Positions 10,588 through 24,116 of a stretch of 64,000 bases of DNA are shown here, in pieces. The stretch comes from Geminicoccaceae bacterium (lineage in GTDB: Bacteria; Pseudomonadota; Alphaproteobacteria; Geminicoccales; Geminicoccaceae): contig JBBIIE010000006.1 of NCBI GenBank assembly GCA_037446605.1, positions 447-64,446 of the forward strand. The letters run 5' to 3'. A model generated the notes under the pieces. That model saw nothing but the letters and a program-made list of their open reading frames with translations. It searched no databases and was not told where the DNA came from. The translations under genes and the position numbers were made by a program. Every line of letters begins with the position of its first letter. Position 1 is the stretch's first letter.

Positions 10588-12069
10588 ATGGCCACCGCGC
10601 TCAAGGACACCCGCATCCAGCTCGCCGATCCGAAGCTGTTCCGCGAGCGCTGCTACGTCGACGGGCAATGGATCGCGGCCGACAGCGGCCGCACGCTGGC
10701 GGTCGGCGATCCGGCCACGGGCGAGACGATCGGCAGCGTGCCGATGCTCGGCATCGAGGAGACGCGCCGGGCGATCCGTGCGGCCGAGGCGGCGCTGCCG
10801 GCCTGGCGGGCACGCACCGCCAAGGAGCGGGCGGCGATCCTCCGTCGCTGGTTCGATCTCATCATGGCGAACGCCGACGATCTCGCCCATCTGATGACCC
10901 GCGAGCAGGGCAAGCCGTTGGCGGAGGCCAAGGGAGAGGTCGCCTACGGCGCCTCGTTCGTGGAGTGGTTCGCGGAGGAGGCCAAGCGCGTCTACGGCGA
11001 CGTGATCCCGCAGACCGTGGGCTCGCGGCGGATCCTCGTGCTCAAGCAGCCGGTCGGGGTCTGCGCGGCGATCACGCCCTGGAACTTCCCGAACGCGATG
11101 ATCACGCGCAAGTGCGCGCCCGGGCTGGCGGTCGGCTGCACGATGGTGGTCCGGCCGGCCTCGGCCACGCCCTTCTCGGCGCTGGCGCTCGCCGAGCTCG
11201 CCGAGCGCGCCGGGGTCCCCAAGGGCGTGTTCAACGTGGTGAGCGGTGCGGCCACCACGGTCGGTACCGAGCTCGCCACCAACAAGACGATCCGCAAGCT
11301 CTCGTTCACGGGCTCGACCGCGGTCGGCAAGATCCTGCTCAAGCAGGCCGCCGACACCGTCAAGCGGGTCAGCATGGAGCTCGGTGGCCACGCTCCCTTC
11401 ATCGTCTTCGACGACGCCGACATCGAGGCGGCGGTGCAGGGAGCTATCGCCTGCAAGTTCCGCAACTGCGGCCAGACCTGCGTCTGCACCAACCGGATCT
11501 ACGTCCAGGACGGCGTGTTCGATGCGTTCTCGCGCAAGCTCGCCGAGGCCGTGGCCGAGCTCAAGGTCGGCCCGGGCACCGAGCCGGGCGTGGTGATCGG
11601 GCCGCTGATCGATGGTGCCGCGGTGGCCAAGGTCGAGCAGCACGTGGCGGATGCCACCGCCAAGGGTGCCCGGATCACGATCGGCGGCAAGCGGCACGCG
11701 CTCGGCGGCCAGTTCTTCGAGCCGACCGTGCTCGCCAACTGCAACGCCTCGATGCTGATCGCGCAGGAGGAGACCTTCGGCCCGGTGGCGCCGCTCTTCC
11801 GCTTCAGGACCGAGGACGAGGTCATCGCGCTCGCCAACGCCAGCGATGTCGGCCTCGCCGGCTACTTCTACGCGCGCGATCTGGGTCGCGTGTTCCGCGT
11901 GGCCGAGGCGCTCGAGGTCGGCCTGGTCGGGGTCAACGACGGGGTGATCGCGACCGAGGTCGCACCCTTCGGTGGCGTCAAGGAGAGCGGCATCGGCCGC
12001 GAGGGCTCGCGCTACGGCGTCGACGAGTATCTCGAGGTCAAGTATGTGAGCCTGGGCGGCATCTCCTGA
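10588..12069 (+). CDS. gabD: NAD(P)-dependent succinate-semialdehyde dehydrogenase
   Basis: From ATG 10588: CYVDGQWIAADSG...LAVGDPATGETIG...ITPWNFP...ELGGHAPFIVF...FRNCGQTCVC...EETFGPVAPL is the aldehyde dehydrogenase superfamily, GabD-type. Confidence 0.9.
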   Translation: MATALKDTRIQLADPKLFRERCYVDGQWIAADSGRTLAVGDPATGETIGSVPMLGIEETRRAIRAAEAALPAWRARTAKERAAILRRWFDLIMANADDLAHLMTREQGKPLAEAKGEVAYGASFVEWFAEEAKRVYGDVIPQTVGSRRILVLKQPVGVCAAITPWNFPNAMITRKCAPGLAVGCTMVVRPASATPFSALALAELAERAGVPKGVFNVVSGAATTVGTELATNKTIRKLSFTGSTAVGKILLKQAADTVKRVSMELGGHAPFIVFDDADIEAAVQGAIACKFRNCGQTCVCTNRIYVQDGVFDAFSRKLAEAVAELKVGPGTEPGVVIGPLIDGAAVAKVEQHVADATAKGARITIGGKRHALGGQFFEPTVLANCNASMLIAQEETFGPVAPLFRFRTEDEVIALANASDVGLAGYFYARDLGRVFRVAEALEVGLVGVNDGVIATEVAPFGGVKESGIGREGSRYGVDEYLEVKYVSLGGIS

Positions 12070-12077
12070 GCGCCGCC

Positions 12078-13472
12078 GTGGCGGACGTCGATCTGCTCGT
12101 CATCGGCGCCGGCTCGGGCGGCGTGGCCTGCGCCCGCCGCGCCGCCCACCACGGCGCGCGCGTGGCGATCGCCGAATCGGGCCGGGTCGGTGGCACCTGC
12201 GTGATCCGCGGGTGCGTGCCCAAGAAGCTCATGCATCTGGGCGCGCATTTCCGCGACCTGTTCCGCGCAGCCGGCGGCTATGGCTGGCGTCGGGGCGAGC
12301 CGCTGCTCGACTTCCAGGCCCTCCTCGAGGCACGCAACGCCGAGATCGCCCGCCTCAACCGCGTCTATCTCGGCATGCTGGAGAGCGCCGGCGTGCGGCT
12401 CCTCGTGGGCCGGGCCAGGCTCCTCGGGCGGGAGGCGGCCGGCTTCCGGGTGGCGGTCGACGGCGAGGAGCTCCTCGCCGAGCGGGTCGTGGTGGCGGTC
12501 GGTGCCCGACCCAGCCTGCCGCCGCTTCCGGGCGTCGAGCACGCCTCGACCTCGGACCAGCTGCTGGAGGGGGTCTACCCCCTCCCGCGCCGGCTGGCCG
12601 TGGTCGGAGCCGGCTACATCGGCGTGGAGCTCGCGAGCATCTTCGCCCATCTCGGCAGCGAGGTGCGCCTGGTCTTCCGGGGCGACGAGCCGCTGCGCGG
12701 CTTCGACGGCGACCTGCGGCGGGAACTGGCGGGCGCGCTTTCGCGGTCGGGCGTCCAGCTCGTGCCCGGCACGCGGCCGGACGGCATCCGCGCCGTCGGC
12801 GCGGCCAAGGTGCTCGACACCAGCTCGGGGCCGGTCGAGGCCGATCTCGTGCTGCTCGCGACCGGCCGGCGGCCGATCGCCAACACCGCGGGCCTCGGCC
12901 TCGAGGAGCTCGGCGTACGGCTCGGCGCGGACGGCTCGGTGCCGGTCGACGCGCACTACGAGACGGCGGTCGCGGGGTTGTTGGCGGTCGGCGACTGCTC
13001 CGACCATGCCGGCAACGGGCTCGACGCGGCGCAGCACGACCTGACGCCCGTGGCGATCGCCGAAGGCCGAGCGGTGGCCGAGCGGCTGTTCAACGCCAAC
13101 CCGCGGACGGTCGCCTACGCGACCGTGCCGACCGCGGTCTTCAGCCTGCCGCAGGCGGCCTCGGTCGGATTGAGCGAGGAGCGGGCGCGGGCGCTGGGCC
13201 ACGCCGTGACGATCTATCAGACCCGCTTCCGGCCGATGCTCGAGACCCTCGGCGGCGGCGAGGAGCGGATCTTCATGAAGCTCGTCGTCGACGCCTCCGA
13301 CGACCGGGTCCTGGGCTGCCACCTCGTGGGCGGCGAGGCGGCCGAGATCGTGCAGGGATTCGCCGTGGCCTTGACCTGCGGGGCGACCAAGGCGCAATTC
13401 GACGCCACGGTGGCGCTGCACCCGACCGCCGCCGAGGAGCTCGTCACGATGTGGCGGCCGGTCGCACGCTGA
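12078..13472 (+). CDS. gor: Glutathione-disulfide reductase
   Basis: GTG 12078: [19 protein letters not shown]...[15 protein letters not shown] (redox-active CxxxxC), second Rossmann [13 protein letters not shown]-terminal [11 protein letters not shown]. Only the last third of the 934-aa track ORF is real. Confidence 0.9.
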   Translation: MADVDLLVIGAGSGGVACARRAAHHGARVAIAESGRVGGTCVIRGCVPKKLMHLGAHFRDLFRAAGGYGWRRGEPLLDFQALLEARNAEIARLNRVYLGMLESAGVRLLVGRARLLGREAAGFRVAVDGEELLAERVVVAVGARPSLPPLPGVEHASTSDQLLEGVYPLPRRLAVVGAGYIGVELASIFAHLGSEVRLVFRGDEPLRGFDGDLRRELAGALSRSGVQLVPGTRPDGIRAVGAAKVLDTSSGPVEADLVLLATGRRPIANTAGLGLEELGVRLGADGSVPVDAHYETAVAGLLAVGDCSDHAGNGLDAAQHDLTPVAIAEGRAVAERLFNANPRTVAYATVPTAVFSLPQAASVGLSEERARALGHAVTIYQTRFRPMLETLGGGEERIFMKLVVDASDDRVLGCHLVGGEAAEIVQGFAVALTCGATKAQFDATVALHPTAAEELVTMWRPVAR

Positions 13473-13494
13473 CCGGCCCGAGAGGAAGGCGCCG

Positions 13495-14868
13495 ATGAGC
13501 GGGAACTGGACGCCGGACGGCTGGCGGGCGAAGCCGTGCCGGCAGATGCCGGTCTACGAGGACGAGGCGGCGCTGGCCGAGGTCGAGCGCGAGCTCGCGT
13601 CATATCCGCCCCTGGTGTTCGCGGGCGAGGCCCGCACGCTTCAGGACAAGCTCGCCGAGGTCGCCGCCGGTCGGGCGTTCCTCCTCCAGGGCGGCGACTG
13701 CGCCGAGGCGTTCGCCGACTTCAACGCCAACAAGATCCGCGACTGGCTGCGCGTGTTCCTGCAGATGGCCGTGGTGCTGACCTTCGGTGCCGGGCTGCCG
13801 GTCGTGAAGGTGGGGCGGATCGCCGGCCAGTTCGCCAAGCCGCGATCGGCGCCGGTCGAGCGCCAGGGCGAGGTCGAGCTGCCCGCCTATCGCGGCGACA
13901 TCGTCAACGCCATGGAGTTCACCGATGCCGCCCGTCGCGCCGACCCGACGCGGCAACTGCGCGCGTACACCCAGGCCGCGGCGACGCTGAACCTGCTGCG
14001 CGCCTTCAGCGAGGGTGGCTACGCCTCGCTCACCCGGGTGCACTCCTGGATGGTCGACAATGTCGCGCGCTCGCCCTGGGGCCAGCGCTACCGCGACCTC
14101 GCCGACCGGATCACCGAGACACTCGATTTCATGCGCGCCTGCGGCATCTCCGACTCCACGACCCCGGAGATCGCGCGGACGACGCTCTACACCTCGCACG
14201 AGGCCCTCCTGCTCGGCTTCGAGCAGGCCCTGACGCGGACCGATTCGACCACGGGGCGCATCTACGACACCTCGGCCCACTTCCTCTGGGTAGGCGACCG
14301 GACCCGTCAGCTCGACGGGGCGCATGTCGAGTTCCTGCGCGGCATTGCCAATCCGCTCGGCGTCAAGGCCGGTCCGTCCATGACCGCCGACGAGCTGCTG
14401 CGCCTGTGCGACGTCCTCGATCCGCGCAACGAGCCCGGCCGGCTCACGGTCATCAGCCGGATGGGGCACGACAAGGTCGAGCGGCTCCTCGTGCCGCTGA
14501 TCCGGGCCCTGCGCCGCGAGGGGCGCGCGGTCGTCTGGGCGTGCGACCCGATGCACGGCAACACCATCACCTCGAACGGCTACAAGACCCGGCCCTTCGA
14601 CCGGATCCGCGCCGAGGTGGAGAGCTTCTTCGCGGTGCACAAGGCGGAGGGCACCCACGCCGGCGGCATCCATCTGGAGATGACGGGTGACGACGTCACC
14701 GAGTGCCTGGGCGGTGCCCAGGCGGTGACCGAGGCCTGCCTCGCGTCGCGCTACCATACCCAGTGCGATCCGCGGCTGAACGCCCAGCAGAGCCTCGAGC
14801 TCGCCTTCACCATGGCGCAGGCGCTCAAGGAGGAGCGTCAGGCGCAGCGGGTGGCGGCGGCCTCGTGA
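13495..14868 (+). CDS. 3-deoxy-7-phosphoheptulonate (DAHP) synthase, class II
   Basis: [18 protein letters not shown]...[11 protein letters not shown]...[12 protein letters not shown]...GNTITS...[12 protein letters not shown] is typical class II DAHP synthase. Confidence 0.93.
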   Translation: MSGNWTPDGWRAKPCRQMPVYEDEAALAEVERELASYPPLVFAGEARTLQDKLAEVAAGRAFLLQGGDCAEAFADFNANKIRDWLRVFLQMAVVLTFGAGLPVVKVGRIAGQFAKPRSAPVERQGEVELPAYRGDIVNAMEFTDAARRADPTRQLRAYTQAAATLNLLRAFSEGGYASLTRVHSWMVDNVARSPWGQRYRDLADRITETLDFMRACGISDSTTPEIARTTLYTSHEALLLGFEQALTRTDSTTGRIYDTSAHFLWVGDRTRQLDGAHVEFLRGIANPLGVKAGPSMTADELLRLCDVLDPRNEPGRLTVISRMGHDKVERLLVPLIRALRREGRAVVWACDPMHGNTITSNGYKTRPFDRIRAEVESFFAVHKAEGTHAGGIHLEMTGDDVTECLGGAQAVTEACLASRYHTQCDPRLNAQQSLELAFTMAQALKEERQAQRVAAAS

Positions 14869-16097
14869 GCGACCGCGGCGAGCCGGACCCGGGACCCTCG
14901 GCCCAGGTGGCTGCTTCCACCGCCGATCCTCCGGTCGTGGCGAGCAGCCCGCTCGGGCCCGAGATCGGTCGGCACGCCGACACCTATTTCCGCAAGACCC
15001 GGGCGATCGTCGAGCGGTTCGGCGACTGCCGGGTGACCTACGCCGTCTTCATGCGCCGGCCGGTGGTGGCGGCCCCGCGCCTGGCACTCGAGTGGCTCGC
15101 CCGGGTCGAGCGCGAGCGCGGCACCCGCTTCGAGGTGGAACGGCTGTTCGCGGAAGGCGATTGGGTCGGCGCCGGCGAGCCGCTGCTCTACGTACGCGGT
15201 TCGTTCCGGCATCTGGTCGACCTGGAGACCAATCTCCTGCAGAAGATCGGTCCGGCCTGCGTCGCCGCGTTCAACGCCTACTCGATGTGCATCGACCTGC
15301 CCTATGTCGGCTTCCTCGCCATGGACGCCCGCCACTGCGCCGGGCTCGAGATGGCCGAGATGATGGCCTATGCGGCGAGCGTCGGCTCGATGCGGGCGCG
15401 CACCGAGACCGATGCGGTGGGCTTCATCGGCAACGCGACCGATGCCACCGCGCACTTCTTCGGTCGCACCCGTGGTCTCGGCACGATGCCGCACGCCCTG
15501 ATCGGCTACGCCGGTTCCACGGTCCGCGCCGCCGAGATGTTCCACGAAACCTTCCCCGACGATCCGCTCTATGTGCTGGTCGACTATTTCGGCCGCGAGG
15601 TCACGGATGCGCTCGAGGTCTGCCAGCGCTTTCCCGAACTCGCTCGGGAAGGCCGGCTGGGGGTACGGCTCGACACCCATGGCGGGCGGTTCCTCGAGGG
15701 CCTGGACGTGGCTGCCTCCTACGCGGTGCTGGAGCGGCACGCGCCGCAGGCGATCCGGACCTACCGGACACCCGAGGAGCTCGCCTGGCTCACCGGGACG
15801 GGTGTCACCGCAGCGGCCATCTTCCACGTGCGGGAACGCCTCGATGCGGCCGGCTTCCCCAAGGTCAAGATCATCGCGAGCTCCGGCTTCTCGCCGCAGA
15901 AGTGCAAGCTGATGGCGAGCGTGCGGGCGCCGATCGACGTCATCGGCACGGGCTCCTACCTGCCGGAGCGCTGGAGCGAGACCTACGCCACCGCCGACGT
16001 GATCGACTATGACGGCGTGTCGCGGGTCAAGGTCGGGCGCGAGTTCCTGTTCGATCGGCCGCGCGGCCCGGCCGGTTCGACCGGGGCCTCCGGTTGA
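14865..16097 (+). CDS. Nicotinate phosphoribosyltransferase family protein
   Basis: GTG 14865 overlaps the preceding stop. [49 protein letters not shown] are type II PRTase (NAPRTase/QPRTase-like) motifs. Confidence 0.75.
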   Translation: MSDRGEPDPGPSAQVAASTADPPVVASSPLGPEIGRHADTYFRKTRAIVERFGDCRVTYAVFMRRPVVAAPRLALEWLARVERERGTRFEVERLFAEGDWVGAGEPLLYVRGSFRHLVDLETNLLQKIGPACVAAFNAYSMCIDLPYVGFLAMDARHCAGLEMAEMMAYAASVGSMRARTETDAVGFIGNATDATAHFFGRTRGLGTMPHALIGYAGSTVRAAEMFHETFPDDPLYVLVDYFGREVTDALEVCQRFPELAREGRLGVRLDTHGGRFLEGLDVAASYAVLERHAPQAIRTYRTPEELAWLTGTGVTAAAIFHVRERLDAAGFPKVKIIASSGFSPQKCKLMASVRAPIDVIGTGSYLPERWSETYATADVIDYDGVSRVKVGREFLFDRPRGPAGSTGASG

Positions 16098-16118
16098 AGG
16101 GACGTGGCCGGGGTCGGC

Positions 16119-16832
16119 TCAGCCGCGCGGCAGCCAGGTGAAGGCTCCGACCCGGGCGCGCGCCGTGCCGAGCGTGTCGTCGCTGTCGGCACCCACGCCG
16201 ATCTGGACGACCGAGGTCGGTTCCTCGCCGAACGCCTCGCGGAAGTCCGAGCCGATGTCGACCCGCTCCTCGAGCCAGGTGCCCATCGGCGCGCCGAGCC
16301 CGCGCAGGACACGGATGCGGCTGCCGGTCGGCAGGTAGGGATTGTCGAACCAGCCGCTCGACCGCCCGTCGCCGCCCCAGACATAGCTCAACATGCGCCC
16401 GGGCAGCTCGCGCTCGGTGAACGAGCCCAGGATCGCCCGCACGCTCCGCTCGAGAAGGCTCGCCCGCTCGGGTACGTAGGCGAAGGCGACATAGACGGCC
16501 AGCGAGCGATCGTCGCCGCCCTTGCGGCCGAGGTCGGTGGGTGGCACCGCCTCGTCGATCCGCCAGCGCCAGCCGAGGATCGGCGTGGCCCGCAGGTCCG
16601 CGGGAAGGTCGAGCCAGATCACCGAGACGGAAGCACGGCTCTCGATCCGGATGCTGCCGTCCGGCTCGAGCGCGTAGCTGTTGCCGGGCTTGTCGCGGAA
16701 GGCGAGCTCCTGCCAGCCGAGCGCCACGAGCTTCGGGTCGACGGCGGCGCGGGCCGATCCGGCTACGGCCGAGCTCCCGGCCGCGAGGGCCAGGAGAGCG
16801 CGACGTCGCCAGGGCCTGTCCATCGGTTGCAT
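16119..16832 (-). CDS. DUF3047 domain-containing secreted protein
   Basis: From ATG 16832/16823: signal-like [29 protein letters not shown], then LGWRWRIDE...[13 protein letters not shown]...YVWGG, as I recall for DUF3047. Confidence 0.7.
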   Translation of the reverse strand: MQPMDRPWRRRALLALAAGSSAVAGSARAAVDPKLVALGWQELAFRDKPGNSYALEPDGSIRIESRASVSVIWLDLPADLRATPILGWRWRIDEAVPPTDLGRKGGDDRSLAVYVAFAYVPERASLLERSVRAILGSFTERELPGRMLSYVWGGDGRSSGWFDNPYLPTGSRIRVLRGLGAPMGTWLEERVDIGSDFREAFGEEPTSVVQIGVGADSDDTLGTARARVGAFTWLPRG

Positions 16833-16896
16833 TTGCCGCACGGCTCCCAACAATGACGCCGGCAGACTAGCTGCGGCGAGCGCTCGGGAGGAGAGC

Positions 16897-18837
<1,941 letters not shown>

Positions 18838-18840
18838 GGC

Positions 18841-20280
18841 TTGGCCACCACCCGGCGGCGGCTCAGGGGCCCGCCCGTCGGCGTCAGCCTCGTGCGCGAC
18901 GCGCTCGTGGCCGTCACTCCGGCCGTCGCCGCGATCGGGGTGACGGTCCTCGCCGACGACGGCGCGGCCGGTCTCCTCGGGGGGCTCGCGGCCGGCGGGC
19001 TCGTGGCCCTGCTCCTCGCGCGGCTGTGGATCGGCCAGGCTCGGGACCTCGCAGGTTGGATCGAGGGCCTCGGCGGTGGTCGAGAGGGCGAGCGCCCCGC
19101 GATCGTTCTCGGCTCCGCCCTCGAATGGATCGTGTGGCCCGTCGTCGATCTCGCCCGCCAGGCACGCCGCGCCGAGCGCCAGGCGACCGCCCAGCGGCTC
19201 CTGCTCGAGACTTTCCTCGAGGCGCTTCCGGACGCCGTGCTGCTGGTCGATCGCCGCGGCACGATCGCGCGGGCCAATCGCGCCGCGCTGCGCACGTTCG
19301 GCCTCGAGCGCGTGGGCGTGCCACTGGCGCGGGCGACGCGCGATCCGGGGGTGCTCGCCGCCCTCACGGCAGCCCTGGAGACGGGTGCGGCCAGCACGGT
19401 CTTGTTCAGTCCGGTCGACGACCGGCTCAAGCTGTTCGCGGCGCGGATCCAGCCGCTCGAGCCGGCCGAGGGCGGCCGAGGCGTGATCCTGGCCCTGCGC
19501 GAGCAGAGCGAGCAACTGCTCATCGAGCGGATGCGCTCGGATTTCGTCGCCAACGCCAGCCACGAGATCAAGACGCCGCTCGCGGCGATCGTCGGGATCA
19601 TCGAGACGCTGCGCGGCCCGGCCCGCGACGACCCGGCTGCGCGCGCGATGTTCCTCGCCACGATGGCGGAGGAGGCGCGGCGCATGCAGCGGCTCGTCGA
19701 CGATCTGCTCTCGCTCTCGCAGATCGAGCTCGCGGCACGCCGGCCACCGGCGACCTCGGTGGCGCTCGCCGACGTGCTCGGGGGCGCCCTCGCCCGCATG
19801 CGACCGATCGCTGCCGCCGAGCGGGTTCGGCTCGTCCTCGATGCACCGCCCTCCCTCCCCGAGCTCGTGGCGGATGCCGATCAGCTGCATCAGCTGCTCG
19901 CCAACCTGATCGACAACGCGATCAAGTACGGTGGACCGGACAAGGAGGTCAGGCTCGAGGTGCGACAGCTCGACGCGGCCCCGCCGACCGCCGGGCCGGT
20001 CGCGGGTCGGCCCGCCGTCGAGATCGCGGTGGTCGACCAGGGCGAAGGCATCGCGGCCGAGCATCTGCCGCGGCTGACCGAACGGTTCTACCGCGTCGAC
20101 AAGGCACGCTCGCGGAAGGTCGGTGGAACGGGCCTGGGGCTCGCCATCGTCAAGCACATCGTCCGGCGGCACCAGGGCCATCTGCGGATCGCGAGCGAGA
20201 TCGGTCGGGGCAGCCGGTTCTCCGTGTTGCTGCCGCTGCCCGACGGCGACCGTCACGGTTCCGTCACGACCCCGTCATAG
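18841..20280 (+). CDS. phoR: Phosphate-regulon sensor histidine kinase PhoR
   Basis: TM segment(s), a PAS-like region (LPDAVLLVDRRGTIARAN), H-box FVANASHEIKTPL, N-box LIDNAIKY, G-boxes GTGLGLAIVKHIV. It lies directly upstream of pstSCAB-phoU-phoB. TTG start as given in the ORF track. Confidence 0.85.
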   Translation: MATTRRRLRGPPVGVSLVRDALVAVTPAVAAIGVTVLADDGAAGLLGGLAAGGLVALLLARLWIGQARDLAGWIEGLGGGREGERPAIVLGSALEWIVWPVVDLARQARRAERQATAQRLLLETFLEALPDAVLLVDRRGTIARANRAALRTFGLERVGVPLARATRDPGVLAALTAALETGAASTVLFSPVDDRLKLFAARIQPLEPAEGGRGVILALREQSEQLLIERMRSDFVANASHEIKTPLAAIVGIIETLRGPARDDPAARAMFLATMAEEARRMQRLVDDLLSLSQIELAARRPPATSVALADVLGGALARMRPIAAAERVRLVLDAPPSLPELVADADQLHQLLANLIDNAIKYGGPDKEVRLEVRQLDAAPPTAGPVAGRPAVEIAVVDQGEGIAAEHLPRLTERFYRVDKARSRKVGGTGLGLAIVKHIVRRHQGHLRIASEIGRGSRFSVLLPLPDGDRHGSVTTPS

Positions 20281-20289
20281 AAGCGGCAC
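20250..20289 (+). promoter_or_regulatory. Pho-box-like tandem 11-bp repeats (putative PhoB sites for pstS)
   Basis: CCGTCAC-GGTT-CCGTCAC-GACC-CCGTCAT-AGAA-GCGGCAC: three good 7-mers (and a weak fourth) in 7+4 phasing, matching the CTGTCAT-N4-CTGTCAT Pho-box architecture. They sit 50-90 nt upstream of the pstS ATG, overlapping the last codons of phoR. Confidence 0.55.
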
Positions 20290-20339
20290 GGGGAGCGGTC
20301 ATCGCTCGCGCCGGTTCGGTTGTCGATGGAGGCACCACG

Positions 20340-21335
20340 ATGAAGCCCGCTCTGTTCGCCGGCGTCGCGGCCGGCGCGCTGCTCGTTGCGCAGCTCGCCC
20401 AGGCGGCCGCGCCCGAGGTGAAGATCGACGGTTCGAGCACCGTCTATCCGGTCACCGAGGCGGTGGCCGAGGAGTTCCAGAAGGCCAAGAAGGGGGCCGT
20501 TCGGGTCACCGTCGGCATCTCCGGGACCGGCGGTGGCTTCAAGAAGTTCTGCCGCGGCGAGACCGACATCTCCAACGCCTCGCGGCCGATCCTCGCCGAG
20601 GAGATGGAGGTGTGCAAGAAGGCCGGGATCGACTATGTCGAGCTGCCGGTCGCCTTCGACGCGCTCACGGTCGCCGTCAGCCCCAAGAACACCCTGCTCA
20701 CCGAGATCTCGGTGGACGAGCTCAAGAAGGTCTGGGAGCCCGCGGCCCAGGGCAAGATCACCAACTGGAACCAGATCCGCTCGACGTTCCCCGACATGAA
20801 GCTCAATCTGTACGGGGCGGGTTCCGACTCGGGCACGTTCGACTACTTCACGGAGGCGGTGGTCGGCAAGGCGAAGGCCAGCCGCGGCGACTACACCGCG
20901 AGCGAGGACGACAACGTGCTCGTGCAGGGCATCTCGGGTGACCAGCAGGCGCTGGGCTACGTGCCGTTCGCCTACGTCCACGAGAACCCCGGGAAGCTCA
21001 AGCCGCTGAAGGTCGTCGATCCGAAGACCGGCAAGGCCGTCGCGCCGAGCATGGAGACGGTCCTCGACGGGACCTACCAGCCGCTCTCCAGGCCGATCTT
21101 CATCTACGTCAACCGGAAGGCGGCCGACCGTCCGGAGGTCAAGGAGTTCGTCCAGTTCTACCTCGACAAGGGCGCCGAGCTCGCCCAGGAGGTGGGCTAC
21201 ACGCCGCTGCCGGCCGAGGCCTACAAGATCGCGATGGACCGCTTCGCCAGCCGGAAGATCGGGACGGCCTTCGGCGGCCGTCCCGAGGTCGGCATGAAGA
21301 TCATGGATCTCCTCGCCCGCGAGTTGAAGTCCTGA
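20340..21335 (+). CDS. pstS: Phosphate ABC transporter substrate-binding protein PstS
   Basis: Signal peptide [22 protein letters not shown], then [18 protein letters not shown]...[23 protein letters not shown] is the PstS/PBP-like family. Confidence 0.93.
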   Translation: MKPALFAGVAAGALLVAQLAQAAAPEVKIDGSSTVYPVTEAVAEEFQKAKKGAVRVTVGISGTGGGFKKFCRGETDISNASRPILAEEMEVCKKAGIDYVELPVAFDALTVAVSPKNTLLTEISVDELKKVWEPAAQGKITNWNQIRSTFPDMKLNLYGAGSDSGTFDYFTEAVVGKAKASRGDYTASEDDNVLVQGISGDQQALGYVPFAYVHENPGKLKPLKVVDPKTGKAVAPSMETVLDGTYQPLSRPIFIYVNRKAADRPEVKEFVQFYLDKGAELAQEVGYTPLPAEAYKIAMDRFASRKIGTAFGGRPEVGMKIMDLLARELKS

Positions 21336-21370
21336 TCGGTGACCGCCTCGACGGTCCTTTCGCTTCCGAG

Positions 21371-21396
21371 GCCGGCCGGGCGCACGCCCGGCCGGC
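21371..21396 (+). terminator. Intercistronic GC hairpin between pstS and pstC (possible attenuator/mRNA stabiliser)
   Basis: GCCGGCCGGGC-GCAC-GCCCGGCCGGC is an 11-bp perfect stem with no U-tract. It lies in the 76-nt pstS-pstC gap. Confidence 0.5.
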
Positions 21397-21411
21397 GTGC
21401 GAGGTAGATCG

Positions 21412-22329
21412 ATGGCCGCGCCGCAGCGCTCGTTGATCAGACCGAGAGTGAACCACCGTGATGTCAAGGAGCGGCTGATCGAGGCCCTCCTGTTCGCTTC
21501 GGCTGCCTCTGCCGTCCTAGTGACCACCGCGATCGTCTTCGTTCTGCTGGTCGAGTCGGCCGGCTTCTTCTCGCACGTCTCCATCGTGGATTTCCTGACC
21601 GACACGATGTGGACGCCGCTCTTCGCCGATGCGCGCTACGGGATCCTGCCGCTGTTGTGCGGTACCTTGCTGGCGGCCGGGGTGGCGCTCCTCGTCGCCG
21701 TGCCGCTCGGCTTGATGGTCGCCCTGTATCTGAGTGAATTCGCATCGGCCCGGGTGCGCGAGACGATCAAGCCGTTTCTCGAGCTCCTGGAGGGGGTACC
21801 AACCGTCGTCTACGGCTATTTCGCGCTTCTGTTCGTCACACCTCTTCTCCAGAATGTGATACCGGGCTTGCCGGCGTTCAACGTGTTGAGCCCCGGCATC
21901 GTCATCGGCATCATGATCGTGCCGTATGTGGGATCGGTGAGCGAGGATGCGATGCGCGCGGTTCCGAACGCGCTGCGCGAGGCGTCCTATGCATGCGGCG
22001 CGACGCGGCTGCAGACCGCGCTGCGGGTCGTCGTGCCGGCGGCGACCTCGGGCATCGCCGCGGCGTTCGCACTGGGCGTCGCGCGGGCCACCGGCGAGAC
22101 CATGGTGGTGGCGATCGCCGCGGGTCAGCAACCCAACCTCACGCTCGATCCGACGCAGCCGGCAGCGACGATCACCGCCTTCATCGTCCAGGTGGCGCTC
22201 GGCGATCTGCCGCACGGGTCGATCGGCTACCAGTCGATCTTCGCGGCGGGCCTCGTGCTGCTCTGCATCACGCTCTTGTTCAACATCCTCGCCCAGCTGC
22301 TCCGACTCCGCTTCCGGGAGGCCTATTGA
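21412..22329 (+). CDS. pstC: Phosphate ABC transporter permease PstC
   Basis: ATG 21412 is preceded by GAGG. LPLLCGTLL, LSEFA...PFLELLEGVPTVVYGYF, ASYACGATRLQT are PstC motifs. GTG 21397 is an alternative start. Confidence 0.9.
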   Translation: MAAPQRSLIRPRVNHRDVKERLIEALLFASAASAVLVTTAIVFVLLVESAGFFSHVSIVDFLTDTMWTPLFADARYGILPLLCGTLLAAGVALLVAVPLGLMVALYLSEFASARVRETIKPFLELLEGVPTVVYGYFALLFVTPLLQNVIPGLPAFNVLSPGIVIGIMIVPYVGSVSEDAMRAVPNALREASYACGATRLQTALRVVVPAATSGIAAAFALGVARATGETMVVAIAAGQQPNLTLDPTQPAATITAFIVQVALGDLPHGSIGYQSIFAAGLVLLCITLLFNILAQLLRLRFREAY

Positions 22330-23285
22330 TGGCGAGCGTGCCGGCACCGGTTACGACGACCAGCGCGCCGATCCAGGTGGAGGACGTACGCACGAACGTC
22401 GCTCGTCGCCGCCGTCGGGACGTGATGTTCGCGGCCGTCGGCTTGATTGCGACCTCGATCGGCGTGATCACGCTCCTGGCGCTGTTCGTCGATCTCCTGA
22501 TCGACGGCTATGCCCGCCTCACACCGGATTTCTTCCTGAGCTTCCCGTCGCGTCGTGCTCACGAGGCCGGCATCCTTTCCGCCTGGGTCGGGACCTGCCT
22601 CGTCATGCTGGTGACGGCGATCATCGGCGTGCCACTCGCGGTGTCGGCGGGTATCTATCTCGAGGAATACGCCCCGAGGAATTGGATCACGATGCTGCTC
22701 GAGATCAATGTCAGCAACCTCGCGGCGGTGCCCTCCATCGTCTACGGCCTGCTGGCGCTGGGTCTTTTCGTCTACGCCCTCGGGTCCGGCCAGAGCATCC
22801 TCACGGCAGGGCTCACCCTGGCGCTGATGATCTTGCCGGTCATCGTCGTGGCGACCCGCGAGGCGGTGCGGGCCGTACCGCACACCATCCGCGAAGCCGC
22901 CTACTCCCTGGGCGCCACGCGCTGGCAGATGATTCGCGACCACCTACTCCCCTACTCGGTGCCGGGCATCGCCACGGGCGTGATCATCGGCCTCGCGCGT
23001 GCCATCGGTGAGACGGCGCCGTTGATCACGATCGGTGCCCTGACCTTCATCGCCTACCTTCCGGACCCGCCGATCACCAGCGAGCCGCCCTTCGTGAACT
23101 TCAACTGGTTGTGGTCGGGGTTCACGGTCCTGCCGATCCAGATGTTCAACTGGGTGTCTCGGCCCGGGACCGCGTTCCACGCGAACGCGGCGGCCGCGGG
23201 CATCGTGATCGTCGTGTTGACCTTGGCGATGAACGGGTTCGCGATCTGGTTACGCTATCGTCTCCGCAAGAGGATCAACTGGTGA
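22329..23285 (+). CDS. pstA: Phosphate ABC transporter permease PstA
   Basis: ATGA overlap with pst[10 protein letters not shown]...[12 protein letters not shown]...[11 protein letters not shown]...GETAPL are PstA motifs. Confidence 0.9.
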   Translation: MASVPAPVTTTSAPIQVEDVRTNVARRRRRDVMFAAVGLIATSIGVITLLALFVDLLIDGYARLTPDFFLSFPSRRAHEAGILSAWVGTCLVMLVTAIIGVPLAVSAGIYLEEYAPRNWITMLLEINVSNLAAVPSIVYGLLALGLFVYALGSGQSILTAGLTLALMILPVIVVATREAVRAVPHTIREAAYSLGATRWQMIRDHLLPYSVPGIATGVIIGLARAIGETAPLITIGALTFIAYLPDPPITSEPPFVNFNWLWSGFTVLPIQMFNWVSRPGTAFHANAAAAGIVIVVLTLAMNGFAIWLRYRLRKRINW

Positions 23286-24106
23286 GGACAGCTGTGAGCC
23301 GAGCACTGGCAGCGCCCGCCCCAGCGCCCTTGCGCGCGCCGGGCTCCGGGGTGAAGAGCAGCATCCGTAGCTTGAGCTTTTTCTACGGCCCCGCACAGGC
23401 GCTCAAGGGGATCGATCTGGACATTCACGAGCACACGGTCACCGCGCTGATCGGGCCCTCGGGATGTGGAAAGTCGACGCTGCTGCGCTGCTTCAACCGC
23501 ATGCACGATCTGACGCCGCACACGCGTTACGAGGGCGAGATCCTACTCTACCCGGACGACGTCAACATCGTGAGCCCGGACATCGACCCGATCGAGGTGC
23601 GGATGCGCATCTCGATGGTGTTCCAGAAGCCGAACCCGTTTCCCAAGTCGATCTACGAGAACGTCGCCTACGGGCTCCGCGTGCGTGGCATCCGCAACCG
23701 TGGCGAGCTCGACGGCAGAGTCGAAGCGGCGCTTCGTGGCGCCGCGCTGTGGGAGGAGGTCAAGGACCGCCTCGACGAGCCGGGCACCGCGCTGTCGGGC
23801 GGTCAGCAGCAGCGGCTGTGCATCGCCCGTGCCCTGGCCACGGACCCGGAGATGGTCCTGTTCGACGAGCCGACCTCGGCGCTCGATCCGATCGCAACCG
23901 CCAGCATCGAGGATCTCATCATCTCGATGGCCGGCAGCGTCACCGTACTGATCGTGACCCACAACATGCAGCAGGCGGCGCGGGTCTCGAGCTACACCGC
24001 GTTCATGTATCTGGGCGAACTCATCGAGTACGGGCCGACCAACGATCTGTTCACCCGTCCGCGTCAGCAGCGGACGAGCGACTACCTGACGGGCCGGTTC
24101 GGCTGA
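23282..24106 (+). CDS. pstB: Phosphate ABC transporter ATP-binding protein PstB
   Basis: GTGA overlap with pst[64 protein letters not shown] is canonical PstB. GTG 23294 is an alternative start. Confidence 0.95.
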   Translation: MRTAVSRALAAPAPAPLRAPGSGVKSSIRSLSFFYGPAQALKGIDLDIHEHTVTALIGPSGCGKSTLLRCFNRMHDLTPHTRYEGEILLYPDDVNIVSPDIDPIEVRMRISMVFQKPNPFPKSIYENVAYGLRVRGIRNRGELDGRVEAALRGAALWEEVKDRLDEPGTALSGGQQQRLCIARALATDPEMVLFDEPTSALDPIATASIEDLIISMAGSVTVLIVTHNMQQAARVSSYTAFMYLGELIEYGPTNDLFTRPRQQRTSDYLTGRFG

Positions 24107-24116
24107 AGGAGGAACG

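Noticed and set aside
10668-12077. The first 470 codons of the 934-aa plus-strand ORF 10668-13472.
   Set aside because: They are out of frame over gabD and Arg/Gly-rich. Only the part from GTG 12078 onward (glutathione reductase) is recognisable.
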